From assembly GCF_006345805.1 (NCBI RefSeq), contig NW_021833817.1, positions 20,311 through 84,310 of the forward strand: a stretch of 64,000 bases of DNA. Reading direction: 5' to 3'. The first letter of the stretch is position 1; each line of letters begins with the position of its first letter. Origin of the DNA: Octopus sinensis. Lineage: Eukaryota. This document shows positions 1-13,099 of the stretch, piece by piece. Position numbers and translations under genes: made by a program. The notes below the pieces were generated by a model. The model saw nothing but the letters and a program-made list of their open reading frames with translations, was not told the origin of the DNA and ran no database searches.

Positions 1-510
1 AAAAAGAAATACGTCCAAATAAGTTAAGTAAAGACGTCTTTCAGAAATATTTACTATTTTTGCAGTCCTCATTTGAGAGAAGTCCTCCACGTCAATCACC
101 TCCAATAATTGATCCACTTTAAAGTGACTTTGATTTAATATCTGTGATATCTTAACATTAAAATAATAGTTTTTACTGATTGGAAAAACCACTCAGGAAA
201 AATCCTTGTATTTTGAACTTGTTTTTCAATTTCGTCTTTAAAAACTTGATCTTCAGATGTCAACTTGGAACTAGATTTGAGCCTCAATTTGAGTCGATGC
301 CCAAATTGAGGGTCCAAAAATCCCAAATCAAGGTCAAGCAAATGCACCCATTCGTAATGGAAAGTATTGGAAATAACGTAAAACTTGACTTTGACGTAGA
401 ATCCGCATGTATCTACAGTTACTCCCAAGTTGCAAAATTTTTTATTATCTTCATAAAATGGCACAGCGACAGTTACATCGAGAAGGTCCATTTTTGGAAG
501 GGATTCCAGT
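1..510 (-). CDS. MBT-repeat chromatin reader (L3MBTL2/MBTD1-like), partial, runs off the window
   Basis: Removing a 26-nt GT-AG intron joins ORF 135-491 to ISQILNQSHFKVDQLLEVIDVEDFSQMRTAKIVNISERRLYLTY, which resembles the MBT repeat segment [35 protein letters not shown]. Start codon not located. Confidence 0.62.
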
Positions 511-589
511 AATAACTAATTTATAGTTATTTTACTGATAAATTAAAAAATAGTTTGTCACAAAAGATTTTATTATGTTATTATAATGT

Positions 590-1075
590 TATTATAATGA
601 CGTTGTGAAGCGGGCGCTTAACGCCGCTGGATTTCCCTCGATGTTAGAACCGATAGGACTAGACCGTGGAGATGGAAAACGCCCTGACGGGTCGACCTTA
701 TTCCCGTTCAGGGAGGGAATGGCACTCGTGTGGGATGTTGCCTGCGTAGACTCATTTTCCTCATCATCGTTGGTTGACTCCGCTTCTCGTCCTGGATCTG
801 CATCTGCCCTTGCCGAATCTAGGAAAACTGCAAAATATGCCTCTTTGACCGATACCTGCTGCTTCATTCCCCTGGCTTTCGAGACCAGTGGGATAATTGG
901 ACCCAAAGCCCTCCAACTCCTCTCAAAGATTGGTTTAATCATCTCGAGGAGGAGTCACGACAGTCGCGAAACGAGCTGGCTTTTTCAGCGGATATCGTTC
1001 GCGATATTACGTGGAAATTACATGTCCATCCGCTCGGCGACTCATCTAAATTAGTTAACTTCTCTATTTTACTTG
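590..1075 (+). mobile_element. CRE-like non-LTR retrotransposon, 3' fragment (RLE endonuclease)
   Basis: ORF 605-1054: GFPSMLEPIGLDRGDGKRPDG..LVWDVACVD..PLAFETSG..WLFQRISFAILRGN; closely similar to the C-terminus of ORF 41105-42970. Confidence 0.85.
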
Positions 1076-1114
1076 TTATTTTACCTTGCTAAAAAAATCC
1101 AAAAAAAATCCTTA

Positions 1115-1270
1115 GGTTACGTGAAAAATAATAGTGAATATTAAAATCAGTGACAACTACATCTAAATCAAAAAATACAAACTTATAGGAAAAAACAAAT
1201 CGATTTATGATAATGGACAATCGGCATATTTTAAATAAGGAATGATCCGAAATAAAATAGGGAATGAGGC
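1115..1270 (+). mobile_element. Remnant of Ginger-like integrase transposase N-terminus
   Basis: YVKNNSEY-like start resembling YIKNNNEY of ORF 52667; DNA similar to 28285-28410. Confidence 0.3.
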
Positions 1271-1308
1271 ATAATTAAATAGCAACAGTTTATGTTTGAA
1301 TCCTTATA

Positions 1309-2230
1309 CAGTGACTCCTCTGAAATTGGCCATTTTCGGTTCCACGTGTTTTTGTGGTCAATTCGAGAAATGGCTTTATCCAGAAAATTTTAAGTAATTA
1401 AGCATTATTAATGTTCTTAAAGTAGAATTGGATGCCCATCTGCTTTTTTTGAGTTTTAATGACATTTTCCTTATAGCGCCTTATGGATGTAATCAATTGA
1501 ACTTAATGTTCGTTCTCAATGTTTTTTAGGAGCTCGTTTTCAATTTTAGTTAACTTAACCACAATGTCTTCTTTGTCAATTGAATCATGGATTTTTACTT
1601 CAGCTTCTACTTCTTCTTCATTTTTTATATTTCAATATCCTCAACGTCTTGAAATGTATCATTTTCAAAATTCAAAATTAAGAAATTCTTCGACTTCTAA
1701 GGGATCAAAAATGTCAGTTTTTTCTACTGCAATATCTTGAACTTCAACTACATGATTCTTTTTGAATGGGTTGCTTAAAATTCCGAAAACAATTTGCAAT
1801 CGTTTTTTCAGACACATCTTCCCAAGCCATTTTACGAAAATTACAGTATCTTTAGAGTTAACTTTTTGTAGGAACTGTATACTGAAATATTTTGCTGTTC
1901 CAACAAAATCAGTCAAATACATTAACTTGTGTCGAGTAAAATGTGTTTTAAATGTGTTTATTATACCCAAATCCATAGGTTGAATAAGACCAGTACTTAT
2001 AACTCTTTGATATTTCTATGAATTTTTCGATAAGTCGACATCTACTGGATCATTAGTTCTCATTTCTCCATGTAACTTGGTCATTCGAAAACCATGCTCT
2101 TTTTGAATTTATGAAGGTATCCATTTGAGTTTTTAAAATTATCCAGTTTTAATTCAGCTGCGAATAAATTAGCCTTATTGAAATTAAAGCTCATTAAGAA
2201 AGCAACCTTAATCATAAATTAGTACAAATT
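1309..2230 (-). mobile_element. pogo/Tigger-like DNA transposon remnant
   Basis: MDLGIINTFKTHF motif (pogo QPxDxGII), TA|CAGT terminus at 1309; interrupted by the RTE element at about 2250. Confidence 0.55.
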
Positions 2231-2253
2231 ACCTTTAGACTCAATCGAATTTT

Positions 2254-3800
2254 TTGGTTGAGGTGGCGACGTACCTCTCTTGCACAATGTCTAAAACACA
2301 CACAGTACAACCGGACAGACTATCAATTCTATCCTTTAACGTTCGTGGACTATGCCAGACCTGGAAACAACAAGCACTCTGTAATGACATGGATAAATAT
2401 CGTGCGGACATCGGCTGTCTACAAGAGACCAAACAAAAATCTGGAATGGACCTAACCTATGGAAATTACCGAATGATCTTTTTACTCTCCGACTGCAGAC
2501 ACTATGGACAAGGTTCTGTGATTCACAAGAGGCTCGGTGTCAAACGCTGGTGGAGAATTACAGATAGGATTTCAGCAATCCAAGTACAAATCGGCGGTAA
2601 AGGCAGGCCTAATGCAGTCGCAACGGTCATTAACGTATACGCCCCGCATAGTGCCAGAATCGTCAACGCTCCTGAAGAAATCGATGAATTCTATGAGGTA
2701 CTGACCCGGACATACCTATCCTTACAATCGTCTACCCTCCTGCTCGTCGTCGGCGACTGGAACGCCAAGGCTGGCATCCGTCGAGGCACTGAAACTGTTA
2801 TTGGACGGCACGGAAGAGGATATAGAAACCTCCCAGGAGCCCTATTGGCTAATTTCTGTAAAACACTCGGGCTATTCCTATGCAACACGGCCTTTGATCA
2901 CCCTGCTCGGCACAAGTCTACCTGGACTGGCAGGAGACGTGGTGATGACGGGAACTATGTGCCGATCTACAACCAAATTGACTACATTGTGTGTCGCCAA
3001 AGAGACACATGGCTTCTACAAGACTCTCGTTTTTATGGGGGCTCGGTCGTTGACAGTGACCACAAGATAGTCAAAACAAATCGTCAATTCCCTCATAAAT
3101 CGGACAGATACTTGACAGAAAAACTGGCTTCCTCACTATCGACTCGAAACCTCTATAAATCATCCATCGATGAATCCCTTAAAAACATGGAATTTGGACT
3201 TATGCCTTCAGCCGCTTGGAAGGTAATGTCAGCCAACATTCACTCGGCGGCAAATAAATATGTTGGAAAGCAGCCAAAAAATACGCACTCTATCGGGCTG
3301 TGTCACCCGGATGCTCTTGCCTTGTCAGTTGTGCAAAAGGAGCTTAAGCTGAGGACTGAGAACACCAAAGATATGGATACCAACTCGCACTGAAAGGCCG
3401 GCGTGCTGCCATCCAAAAACAAATAAAGACCCCAACCTCCAATATGGCCGGGATATCCTGGCTTCCCGTCTTGGAGAACTGGAAACCCTCAAAGATAATG
3501 CACGCACGTTTATGGCTTTACGGTTGCTTAAGAGGAAGAAAAAACCGCCCCAAACTTCGACTCAAAACAGTAATGGGGTTCAAATATCTGACCGGGAGAA
3601 CAGGTGGGAGTCATTGCGAACTATTTTGAACAACGATTTAACGCTAACACCGAACAAATCTTGCCTTTCTCTGGCCCAGCACGACGACTGAAGAATACAA
3701 TCTCCTTGAAGGAAGTTACAAAGGCTGTTAACAGGCTCAAGAATAACCGAGCTGCGGGATCGGACAACATTAATGCGGAGCATCATGCATTGAAGACGAT
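2254..3800 (+). mobile_element. RTE-clade LINE: APE endonuclease and start of RT, 3'-truncated
   Basis: SFNVRG, CLQETK, NVYAPH, VGDWNAKAG, NQIDYI, SDH motifs; downstream KNNRAAGSDNI marks the RT start; frameshifted after 3393. Confidence 0.85.
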
Positions 3801-3959
3801 ATCACAATTACCCTTCATGGAATAAAACGAAAATTTGAGTTAATTTTTCCAAAATTATCAATATCAAGTATCGCTCGACATCTCGATCTAAGTTTGTATA
3901 CATTAAAGAAATTGAGATTCGACCCTTAAAAAGCTAATTGGGAAATTAACAAAATCAAG

Positions 3960-4270
3960 AGAAAAAATTTGTTGAAAAATATTTAAAATTTAACGATTTT
4001 CACATTCTTCATCTCGGTCCGTACAGCCCAATGCTTAACCCCATCGAAAATGTATGGTCAAAAGTAAAAGCTCACGTGAAAAAGACATCTCTTCTAAAAA
4101 ACCAAATTTTATTCCAACAAGAAGAAGGTTTGCCAATTAAAGAGTATCGAACACATACTTGAACAAATAATTGTAGATAAAATGAAAACAATTACATCTA
4201 AAGATTATGTACAACTTTATTTCTGGAATACAGGGAAATATTGCTGACACACTAAATATAGTTAACATCA
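3960..4270 (+). mobile_element. IS630/Tc1-mariner transposase C-terminal remnant
   Basis: LHLGPYSPMLNPIENVWSKVKAHVK read at about 4005-4085. Confidence 0.65.
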
Positions 4271-4389
4271 AAATTTAAACAAAGAATTTTTTGGTGTTAA
4301 TCCCATTTAGATTTCTGCTAATCCCATTTAGTATGGGAAATGGTATAGTATATTCTTACATTATTGCATTTGAAAATAAAAACTCTTTT

Positions 4390-4800
4390 GATCCCAAAAA
4401 TCATTTATATCCTGAGGAGCTCTCCATGTTTTATGTCACGCAAGTGCTGGAATCTTTTGATACCTTGGTTCGGAGTTCTGCTTAGAAAATTCTTAATGTA
4501 CATCTCGATGATATTGGCTAATGTCAGGCTAAACTTTCTGTGAGTCACGGAGGTCTGGGCCTCCGTTCCAGTCTTGATTTGGCTCTTCCTGCCTTTCTTT
4601 GGCGTCTGGATCATATCTCTTTGTCCAAAAGATTCTGGAAAAAAATACCTAATCATCGTTGGACTCTGATATTAATTCGGCCCTTGCACTTTGGAAACAA
4701 AATTTCTCTGAACTCCCTTCCAATGTCATTTCTCAGGAGGATTGGGACAAAATTGTCTTTCGATCCTGCGAGCCGGTACTTAATAGCTAGTTTATTCCGT
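4390..4800 (+). mobile_element. CRE-like retrotransposon fragment (post-RT region)
   Basis: QAKLSVSHGGLGLRSSLDLALPAFL matches RASLPTRFGGIGIRSCADLALPCYL of ORF 41105-42970. Confidence 0.7.
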
Positions 4801-4809
4801 TTTCCACTT

Positions 4810-5499
4810 TTTTAAAACAAGATTAATTTGTGGATGTATCAATTCGAAACTTCATTAATTTCCCAAATTTAAAAGAAACAAATTCAAATGATATATCCAT
4901 TTTTAGATGTCCTTATCGATTTAAAATCCCAATTTTCATCTCGATTTTTGGACTTTAAAGCTAATTCCGACGAATTTTAAATGTTTTCTATACCTTTCGA
5001 TGCAGAAATCAGCGAATAAAATTTATCAATTGGAACTTATAGATTTGCAGTCTGATCATGTTCTTAAAACGATTTTTTATTCAAATCTTTGTAACATTGT
5101 GGAATTTTATGAGAAATATGTTCAATCGTGTAGAAAACCATTCCAAAAAATGATATCTTTATTTGGAAGTACTTTTGTTTGCGAACAGTTATTTTCAAAA
5201 ATGAAACACAGGAAAAATAATCATAAAACAAGAATTGCGGATAATCATCTTAATGATGTTTTAGCTTTATCGAAAACGACCTATGCACCTAATATCGATG
5301 AACTCTCGAACAAAAAACAACAGTATATAAAAAATTAAACAGCAAGTTCAATTAAAATAAAATTTACTCGTTGTTTGGTTTAAAAAGTTTTATTCAATTA
5401 ATTAATATTAACCTTAAATAAGTAAAAAAATGATCCGGCCCGCAGACCAATAATATTTTATAATCCGGCCTGTGAAGTCGGAAATTCTGCCGACCACTG
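4810..5499 (+). mobile_element. hAT (Charlie/GTF2IRD2-like) transposon 3' end
   Basis: SLFGSTFVCEQLFSKMK dimerisation motif in ORF 5000-5338; terminal CTGCCGACCACTG ending 5499. Confidence 0.72.
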
Positions 5500-6049
5500 T
5501 ACTAGAATGAACTGCCACAATAAAAATACACAATAAAATACTAAAAAAAGATCAAAATACCAAAAAACCAAAATTTAAAATACTAGAAAAAATTAAATTT
5601 AATTAAGAAATCCTATTGAATGAAGATTATTTAATTGATAAAATAAATACAAATTTACTTGCAAAATAAACTTTATAGAAAAAATTTTACCAGTAGTCAA
5701 TTTAATTAATCTTCAAACAAATAAAAAACAAAAATATTATAAAAATAAAGTATTAATTTCAAGAAAAAATAAAAATTAACAACCAATAATAGCAATAATT
5801 AATTGGAACCAGATTAACAACCAGAAACACAACAAAAAAATAACGTGCATAAAACGTGATATGTAATTTATCCTACATATCTACCATAAACATAATATTA
5901 TCTTAATTTCGATTTCATTAAATTTCTATTTATCCTAATTATGCCAATAAATTTAAAATATTTTTAAAATTAAATGATTTACTGTAAAATAATTGTAATT
6001 TACTAAAAGTTAACAAAAGCATCCATAATTGACGTTGCGTTGCCTCTCA

Positions 6050-7390
6050 CGATAGCAAAGGAGATCAACTAGAGAAGCCACCGGGTCTCTCGTGTGGCGT
6101 AGCTTTTTAATGTAACTAAACGTCCAAGCATCTTTAGGAAGCGAAGCGATTTCCCACTTATTCCTCCAGTTGTCTCGACCACAATCGGACAGAACACGAA
6201 TCGGTCTCGCGGCGCTTCATATTTGCTCTCCTTTGCCCTCATCGTTTTTTCCGCGGCATACAGTCTGTCCACTGCGCTCCCGGCAATGTTAGACGGGCAG
6301 AGAGTGTCGATATAAGTTGTGTTCCAGACTAGGGGTTTCCCCTCTTCAAATGGAAAAATTGTGATCCCATCAGGACGTTTTCCATCTCCTCTGTCAAGCT
6401 CGACCAGTTCAAGTACGGCGGGGTATCCTGCAGACTCCAGGGCTAGCTTGACAATTTCGTTGGTCGCCTTGTGTCTTGGGAATCGTCCTGCACTTCTTCG
6501 ATAAGAGAGAGCATGGTGTCCATAACAATCGACGATGGCCCCACACCGGAATTTGTGAGTCCGGCAAATCTCCACTCCAAGTCTGATGCAGATGCTGACA
6601 GTATCGTCGTCAAGGTGGGTTCCGACACTATCAACGGGGAGTGCGTTGATCTAAGCTCCACTCGATTCGCATCTTTCAGTCACTAGACAGGCACGTCTGT
6701 GTTGATTTGATTGATTCCGAGGGCTCTCATATTTATCCTCGCAGATGGTCCTGTAACAATATTTCTTCTCAGGCATCATCTCCCTCGAATGCTTTATGTC
6801 TGTGATTTCAGATGATTCAGTTTGGAGAATCATCCTGATCAGCAGTCGGCTGGAGTCCAAAGAGGATAGATATGCGGGCAAGCTAGATCTTTCGGAGAAG
6901 GGATTCCCAGTCCGCCCAGGTTAACAGTTAGGGTAGCTTGGTCCCACCCTTGGTCGTTGAATTTCACATTGGTGATGCGTTCAATGGTGGTTTGAAAGAC
7001 ACACTCAATATCGTCGAGCTGTTGCATTTTCAGGTAGTAGGGTGCACCCGAAGAACGTAATTCAGCTTCTGTGCTAACAAGGTGTTTCTTAGCAGGGAAG
7101 TATGTACGTACAACATCTTCAGACGTCTGAATGTTGTTTTTAGCTATTAGAGTGTTACTGATTCCAGCATCATTGAAAGGGCATCTAGTTGTTCTGATTT
7201 GGTTTCTGTGGCTTTAGACATGATCTCTCTGAATGTATCAAGAATCTGGTTCCATTCAGGCTGCGAAAATCCAAAATTGATAAATTTACACTTATTGGTG
7301 TTTAGGGTTGGGCATAGGGATTCCAATTGGGCTATCAGACTTTAGTACATCCTTCGTTTTCTTAGGCTTTCTTGCCTGACATTGGCAGCA
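6050..7390 (-). mobile_element. CRE-like retrotransposon, decayed RT end plus RLE
   Basis: GGLGIPSPKDLA, CRCGAIVDCYGHH, RHKATNE, DRGDGKRPDG, PIVVETTGG motifs across several frames. Confidence 0.85.
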
Positions 7391-7699
7391 TTGAGAGGAT
7401 AAAATTAAATAAATAACATTTAGTATTGTCAGTCTGTTTGAATCCCATCTTTCCTTAGGCAGTAACGAAGCTTTTTCTGTTTTCTGTTTGAATTCACATA
7501 GTTTACTTTTTATACTTTTTTAAATAGAAAATTAAATTTTGAATAATTATTTTTTAATTTTGTTAAAAAACAAACATTATAAGTGCAAAATTGAAAAGTC
7601 CAGATAAAATTAGTTTTTAATTAGTGCGTTTGCTTTTAGTCGATCCTTTTTTTCGAGCCTGAGCCAATATCTTTGAAGGTCACATTTATTGACTTTTTA

Positions 7700-8930
7700 G
7701 AGCAGGTCACTCGGGGAAGCTTTCTCCGTTGTTGCCTTGACGATCTTCATGTGCACATCCCAAACGTATATTCTGTTTATATGCTCTTTAATGTTTTTTG
7801 GATGATCACAGACTTAATGTAAGCTCGTGCGGGTCCTTAGAGACGAATCGAATGTAGTGATGTATGTAGAATTTACTTATAGCACAGTCCCACGTTAGTA
7901 GAAGTGCTATTATAGTAGCCTTTGCATTGTTGATTACTCCCAGTTCACTGGAAGGCAAATGCAGATGTATACACTTCACTACTTTGTTGTGTCTTCATAA
8001 GTTTTCACTACTTAGCATTCGACCACACCTCGTCGCTAAGTGATCAACTGTCTTCGTGGCTGAATTACAGTGACTGGACAATGTTCCAGCATTGTCTAGA
8101 AAAATAGGTTACGGTCCTGTATTGGACATCGAAGCTTCTCAGTTGTCGGGGAGTTATATTTCTATGAATAACCAATGAGCGGATTCATCAATATTGACGT
8201 TGGGATCATTCAAATACTTGAAGAGAATTGCACGCAATAGTTTTTTCCTTATTTGCCCAGTCAAGCGGTTTTTCTGCACTTTCTTCAGCAAGTTCAAATC
8301 ACGGTCCCAAGATTCTTGGATGCTTTATTTACGCTGGAGGTATTTCGCGATTGTGGCCAAGTGATTTTTCTTTACATGAGTGGCCCGCAGAATCCTATCT
8401 TTCTTTAGGCAGTAACGAGACTTTTTCTCAAAATCATGAATTGGAGAAGTATCCGTTCACTTTTATTGACAGTGGACACGAGTTGGCCTCTTGGGAGGTA
8501 AAGTCTTTCTTTGTCTGCATAAAGATATTGCACACACTTTGTCAATCTGTTCAAATTCAGTTGATTCAATATTGACGAGCTCAATGTAGTAGTTGTAGAG
8601 CGACAATTCGTGCTAATTCATGGCTTTAAGTTGTAAAAATCAATTTTGTCTTCGAAAGATTGTCAATCCTCTTTTTTATTCCCCAAAGACTGTGTTTAGT
8701 ACTTTGTTTTTCAATACTTCACTTCATTATCTTCTAGGACTTCAAAGTATCTGTAACCATCCCATCAAGCAATTTAGCTTCAGACCGAAGGTCAGCCAGG
8801 TTAGTTGCAGACTTTTCGACATTTTTTAGTCCGGCGGCTCCGAAGAAATTATTTACCTCGTTCTTTATATTCATCATTGTATTTTCTTTTCGTTAAAATA
8901 TTTTTAGGTCATCCATGAAAAATAAGTGGT
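7700..8930 (-). mobile_element. R4/Dong-like RLE retrotransposon, decayed
   Basis: MDDLKIF (RT DD motif), KTVDHLATRCGRML, RHNKVVKCIHL, LTWD, AYIKSVIIQKTL read through stops and frameshifts. Confidence 0.72.
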
Positions 8931-10204
8931 TTATTTTTTATTAACCTACAAGCTTGCATAGCAAAACCAGCACAAACAGTCATAGCTAACTAATCGAATG
9001 AAGAAGGCAAGGAAAGAAGGAACTGTCTGTGCCGATTAGCATTAGCCTCCAAATCTTCAATACAGCCTTCCGGATCCAAAGAGAGGTGGGTAATATCTGG
9101 TGCGCCCAGTTTGCATTTGTCAGCCTCCTACCGTTGCTCACCGCAGATCATTTGTTTTCGAAAGGGTTTTACATAATGGAGATTTTTCATTGGTAATGTG
9201 ATCAAATGAAGGTAGGAGATTCTCTTTCTACATTTATGTCGTGCCAGATGGAGTCGTCGCCTCACGGGTGAAAACGCAAACTTGCTTCTTTCGGAATTGA
9301 ACCCACGACATTCATATTCCAACATCCATAGCAATTGGGCTAAAAGGTAATGCTAATACTGTTCAAAAATACAAAGTAGGTGGTTTTTTGTGTATGTAAT
9401 AAAACCGTGGACTTGATTATCCATCACAACTTTTGGGTACTTTTGTTAGAATTCTACTGAGGGGTCCATTGCAAGTGCAAAGATTCCATTGGTTGTTGAA
9501 AGTAATTTTCCATCAAAATATTTGCCGGAGTTGTGAATCAATTGATAGAATATAACAAACCAATCTCCATTTTGTTATTTGAATCTCCCTGGCAGTGGGT
9601 TTAAGTTGAATCTTTTTTCTAGTTTGATATTTGATTTGTTAATTGGTAGTTCTTGTTTATGATGTTTCGTAGTTGGCTCCAATACATTACTTCGAAAATT
9701 TTTGCAAAATTTAATAAGCAATTATCCGAATAAATTAAAATTATAATTAATTAGTGCTTTTGTTTCTAGATCGGTTCAAATAAAAATTGATTTTCTCCTC
9801 TAAAACTTGATCCAACTGTTAAATTCTGTTGCTCACACCACTGTCATTTAGTATATGCTCCTCTTCGTTTAACAAATATTCAATCAGCCAATATTCAATA
9901 TTCTGAAGCCGGTCAAGAATATTATCATTGTCTAAATTCATTATTCTTTAAATTTTCTATTTCTTGTCGAAGTCTGTCGAGAAAATTATTATTTCTATTT
10001 TTGGAAAAATGCTCCCCGCCCGTCCCGCACTTGCGTTGGATCCAGAGTCCAACATCGGGAAAAGCTGAGAAAGATCTTGAGGATTGTTGGAATCACCTAA
10101 TTAATTACCCTAATTAACTGTTGGTGATTCTTTGGTTAAATAAAAAATCCCTTTATTCATCAATTAAAACACAGTCGTCATGTTTTTTGGTGAATGTAAA
10201 ACTT

Positions 10205-10290
10205 CTATTATACTTAATTCGGTTTCCACGGTGGAAGTGGAAAAGAAGCGTAAGTACGACCTTCTTGCAAACGAGCTTGGGTTAATCTTG
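10205..10290 (+). mobile_element. R4-like RLE micro-fragment
   Basis: VEVEKKRKYDLLANELGLI, matching KYDLLANEL in ORF 10863-11276. Confidence 0.55.
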
Positions 10291-10679
10291 GTTAATTGTT
10301 GTTAATCTCATTTAGTATTGGAAATGGTATAGAGCACTTACTCATGTTAGACAAAAAAACACGCGGTATGAATATTTGGAAAATTATTTTTTAATAATAA
10401 ATTTTATTTTTTTGAATATCGAAACGTGGCGAGTAAGGGAATCTGGCGAGCAACGGAATTTCATTAGTAAAAATGGCATTTTTTCCAAAAATGACGAGTT
10501 ATAGAAATGGCAAGTAATAAAATTGGCAAGCAATAGAGAGTAAACTGTAATAAAATTTTTGGAAATTATATGTAATTTTTTTGCTTTGCGATTCAATGTG
10601 AAATCATATGAGATTTTTAAATGAGTACCGTATTATAATTAATAGTTATTCCGTTTTCTTTATTTGTAGTGTTTTATTC

Positions 10680-11960
10680 CATCAACCTCACCCTCTTAGG
10701 GCCCACGTTCAGTGCACGGATGGACAGATTCATGTCAACGCGCAGTCTAGATTCAGGGCCTACCTCTTCAACAGGCATCGATAACCCGTGCCTTGTCTCG
10801 GCCTGCATGCTTTCTAAGGTCTTTCGCAAGCAACACCAGTCTCTGAATGTATGCCTTCACCGTCAATGGTTTTTTAAGTATTTTGACACTATTTCGTCCC
10901 AGGTCATGACGACGAGTACGATCTTTAACTTTGCCCGGTGGATCGCTTCCAGTTCATTTGCCAGCAAGTCGTATTTGTGGAAGTTTTCCATTTCGACCTG
11001 CTTGAGACAATTCTGTGAAGTGATCTGCACCCCGATAAGCGTAATTGTGTTGCTCGATTTTTTGTGAACAAATATGTCGGGTTTTTTATTTGGGATAGCA
11101 TTATCAGTCTGGAGGTTTGTATCGACTCGGATTTTTACAAATTCATTTTTGGTAACAGATTGGACTGAATGGGTTTTTAATTTTTTCGACTTTTTAATTC
11201 CATATTGGTGACATATATGTAAATGCAAGCATTTGACCACTTCGTTATGGCGTCTTAGATAGGGACCATTAAGCATTCGCCCACATCTGGTAGCAAGGTG
11301 ATCGACGGTCTTCTTGGATGAGTTGCAGTGGCTGCATTTATTTCCTCCGTTGTTGAAAGATTTTTAATAATAGAAAATTAATGTAAAATTTGAAGTCAAA
11401 TCTTTTTTGTTCAAAAAATTTCTTCAGCATCACCTAGTAGTAAGTCGAGTTTTTTATGTGCCTCTAGCATTTATCATTTATTGACTTTGTGCGATCGATC
11501 TTTGTATAGTTAGTTTTCAGAATATTTATAGCCCCATTTATTCAAAATAGCTTGTGCTTTGAGCCTCTTGCTTTGTAGACCTTCGAGAGAGTGCATCTTG
11601 TTGACTAAATGTCAGGAAAGAACTTTATTGGCAAACATCAAACGAGATACTTTAAGAGTCCTTTCAAGAAAAGTTGACTGTATATTGGCCTCTTGCACAG
11701 ACTTATTTACACCTAATTGATTTTAGTACTCCTTGTGGTGTTTAATGACCAGTCCATCTTAGGTACACACAGAATGACATGGACTTTGCATCGGTATATC
11801 AGCCCTGGCTTGTTCGAAAGATGGTCATATTTCCACTTTTTCTCAAGTTTACTGTCTAAAAACAATCTAGCCAAACAATGCTTACCTCACGATAACAATC
11901 ATCCTGGTGATTTTAGTGTAATAAACAAAACAAAGAACTTTCATATAAATTTGACTAGTT
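10680..11960 (-). mobile_element. R4/Dong-like RLE retrotransposon 3' regions (parts of two copies)
   Basis: CSHCNSSKKTVDHLATRCGRMLNGPYLRRHNEVV..KPDIF..KYDLLANEL..MTWD; a second C-terminus (KWKYDHLSNK..DGLVIKHHKEY) at about 11620-11960. Confidence 0.8.
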
Positions 11961-13099
11961 TATAATCGACGAATGCAGTCAACTCGGTTTATTTTAACTA
12001 ATAATTAAGCATTGGAAGAAATCTATTGGAAAGGACATACTCTGGCCAGAAAGTGTATAACGGTAGGTGATTTTAATTAATTCCCACTGACAGTCCTTTC
12101 CTCTAAGTAATTATGAGCATATTTATGTAAAGTAAAAAGAAAGATTTTTTGAGTGTCTATAATAGAGAGAGTAGCTAAAATATGTCTCAAGAATGTTAAA
12201 ATGTTAATTATTTAGTACAGAGCAAACACAGAAGGTACTTCAGTCCATGAGAATTAATCAAGAATCCAAATAAAAATTGAGTCTTTTTAATTTGAAATGT
12301 TTTTTACGGGGCAGGAAAGCTTTGTAGTAAGTTCACAAACTGATTGATGCAGCGTCAACATTCACTGCATAAGTTAAAGAAATTGTCAGAATTCAAAAAA
12401 TGTTCAGATTAAAAGCGTCTACTTTTTTAAAGGAAAGGAAAAGAAAGCCCTAATTATTTATATAAAAGAAATAATTTTGTTTAGATTTGGTTGTGTCTTT
12501 ATCAGATTTTAGAAGGGTCGACATCTCATTGATTTAGTCGGAGAAGACTCAAGCAAACAGAGTGAAAAAATTAAATAAATACTTGTGATGAAGAAAAAAC
12601 TTAGAAAGCGTAGTAGTATACAGAGACTGGAATTATCAAGAAAAGTTGCCATTGAAGACTGGATTAATGCTTTGGAGAGGAGAGCGGAGTTCAATATGTC
12701 AATAGAAGGGTTGTCTCTGCCTACTCAAGTTGCTTAGTCCTCTGAGTCGAGTAAGTGTCTAAAGATTTGGGACAAGTGTCGGGCTGTGGCTGAATTGATT
12801 CCGGGGAATATATCTATAGAAGAGTTGTGTCGAGTGATCCTATGTGGTATGATTAGTAGGACTTGGGTGGTCTGGGAGTCGTTAAAAATATGATTGGCGT
12901 AGAGAATCAATTGGGCACTGAGGGTTATGATCAAGTCCGGGAGTGGTTGGATGCTATTGAGGCAATTTATCTTTTAAGTTTACTAATTATTTTGAAAACT
13001 ATTGGAATTGAATATAGGAACAAAAATCTCCAATAAATAATTGTTTTAATAAATGATAGTAATGAATTAAAAGTATAAATAACTAAAAAATCCTCATTT

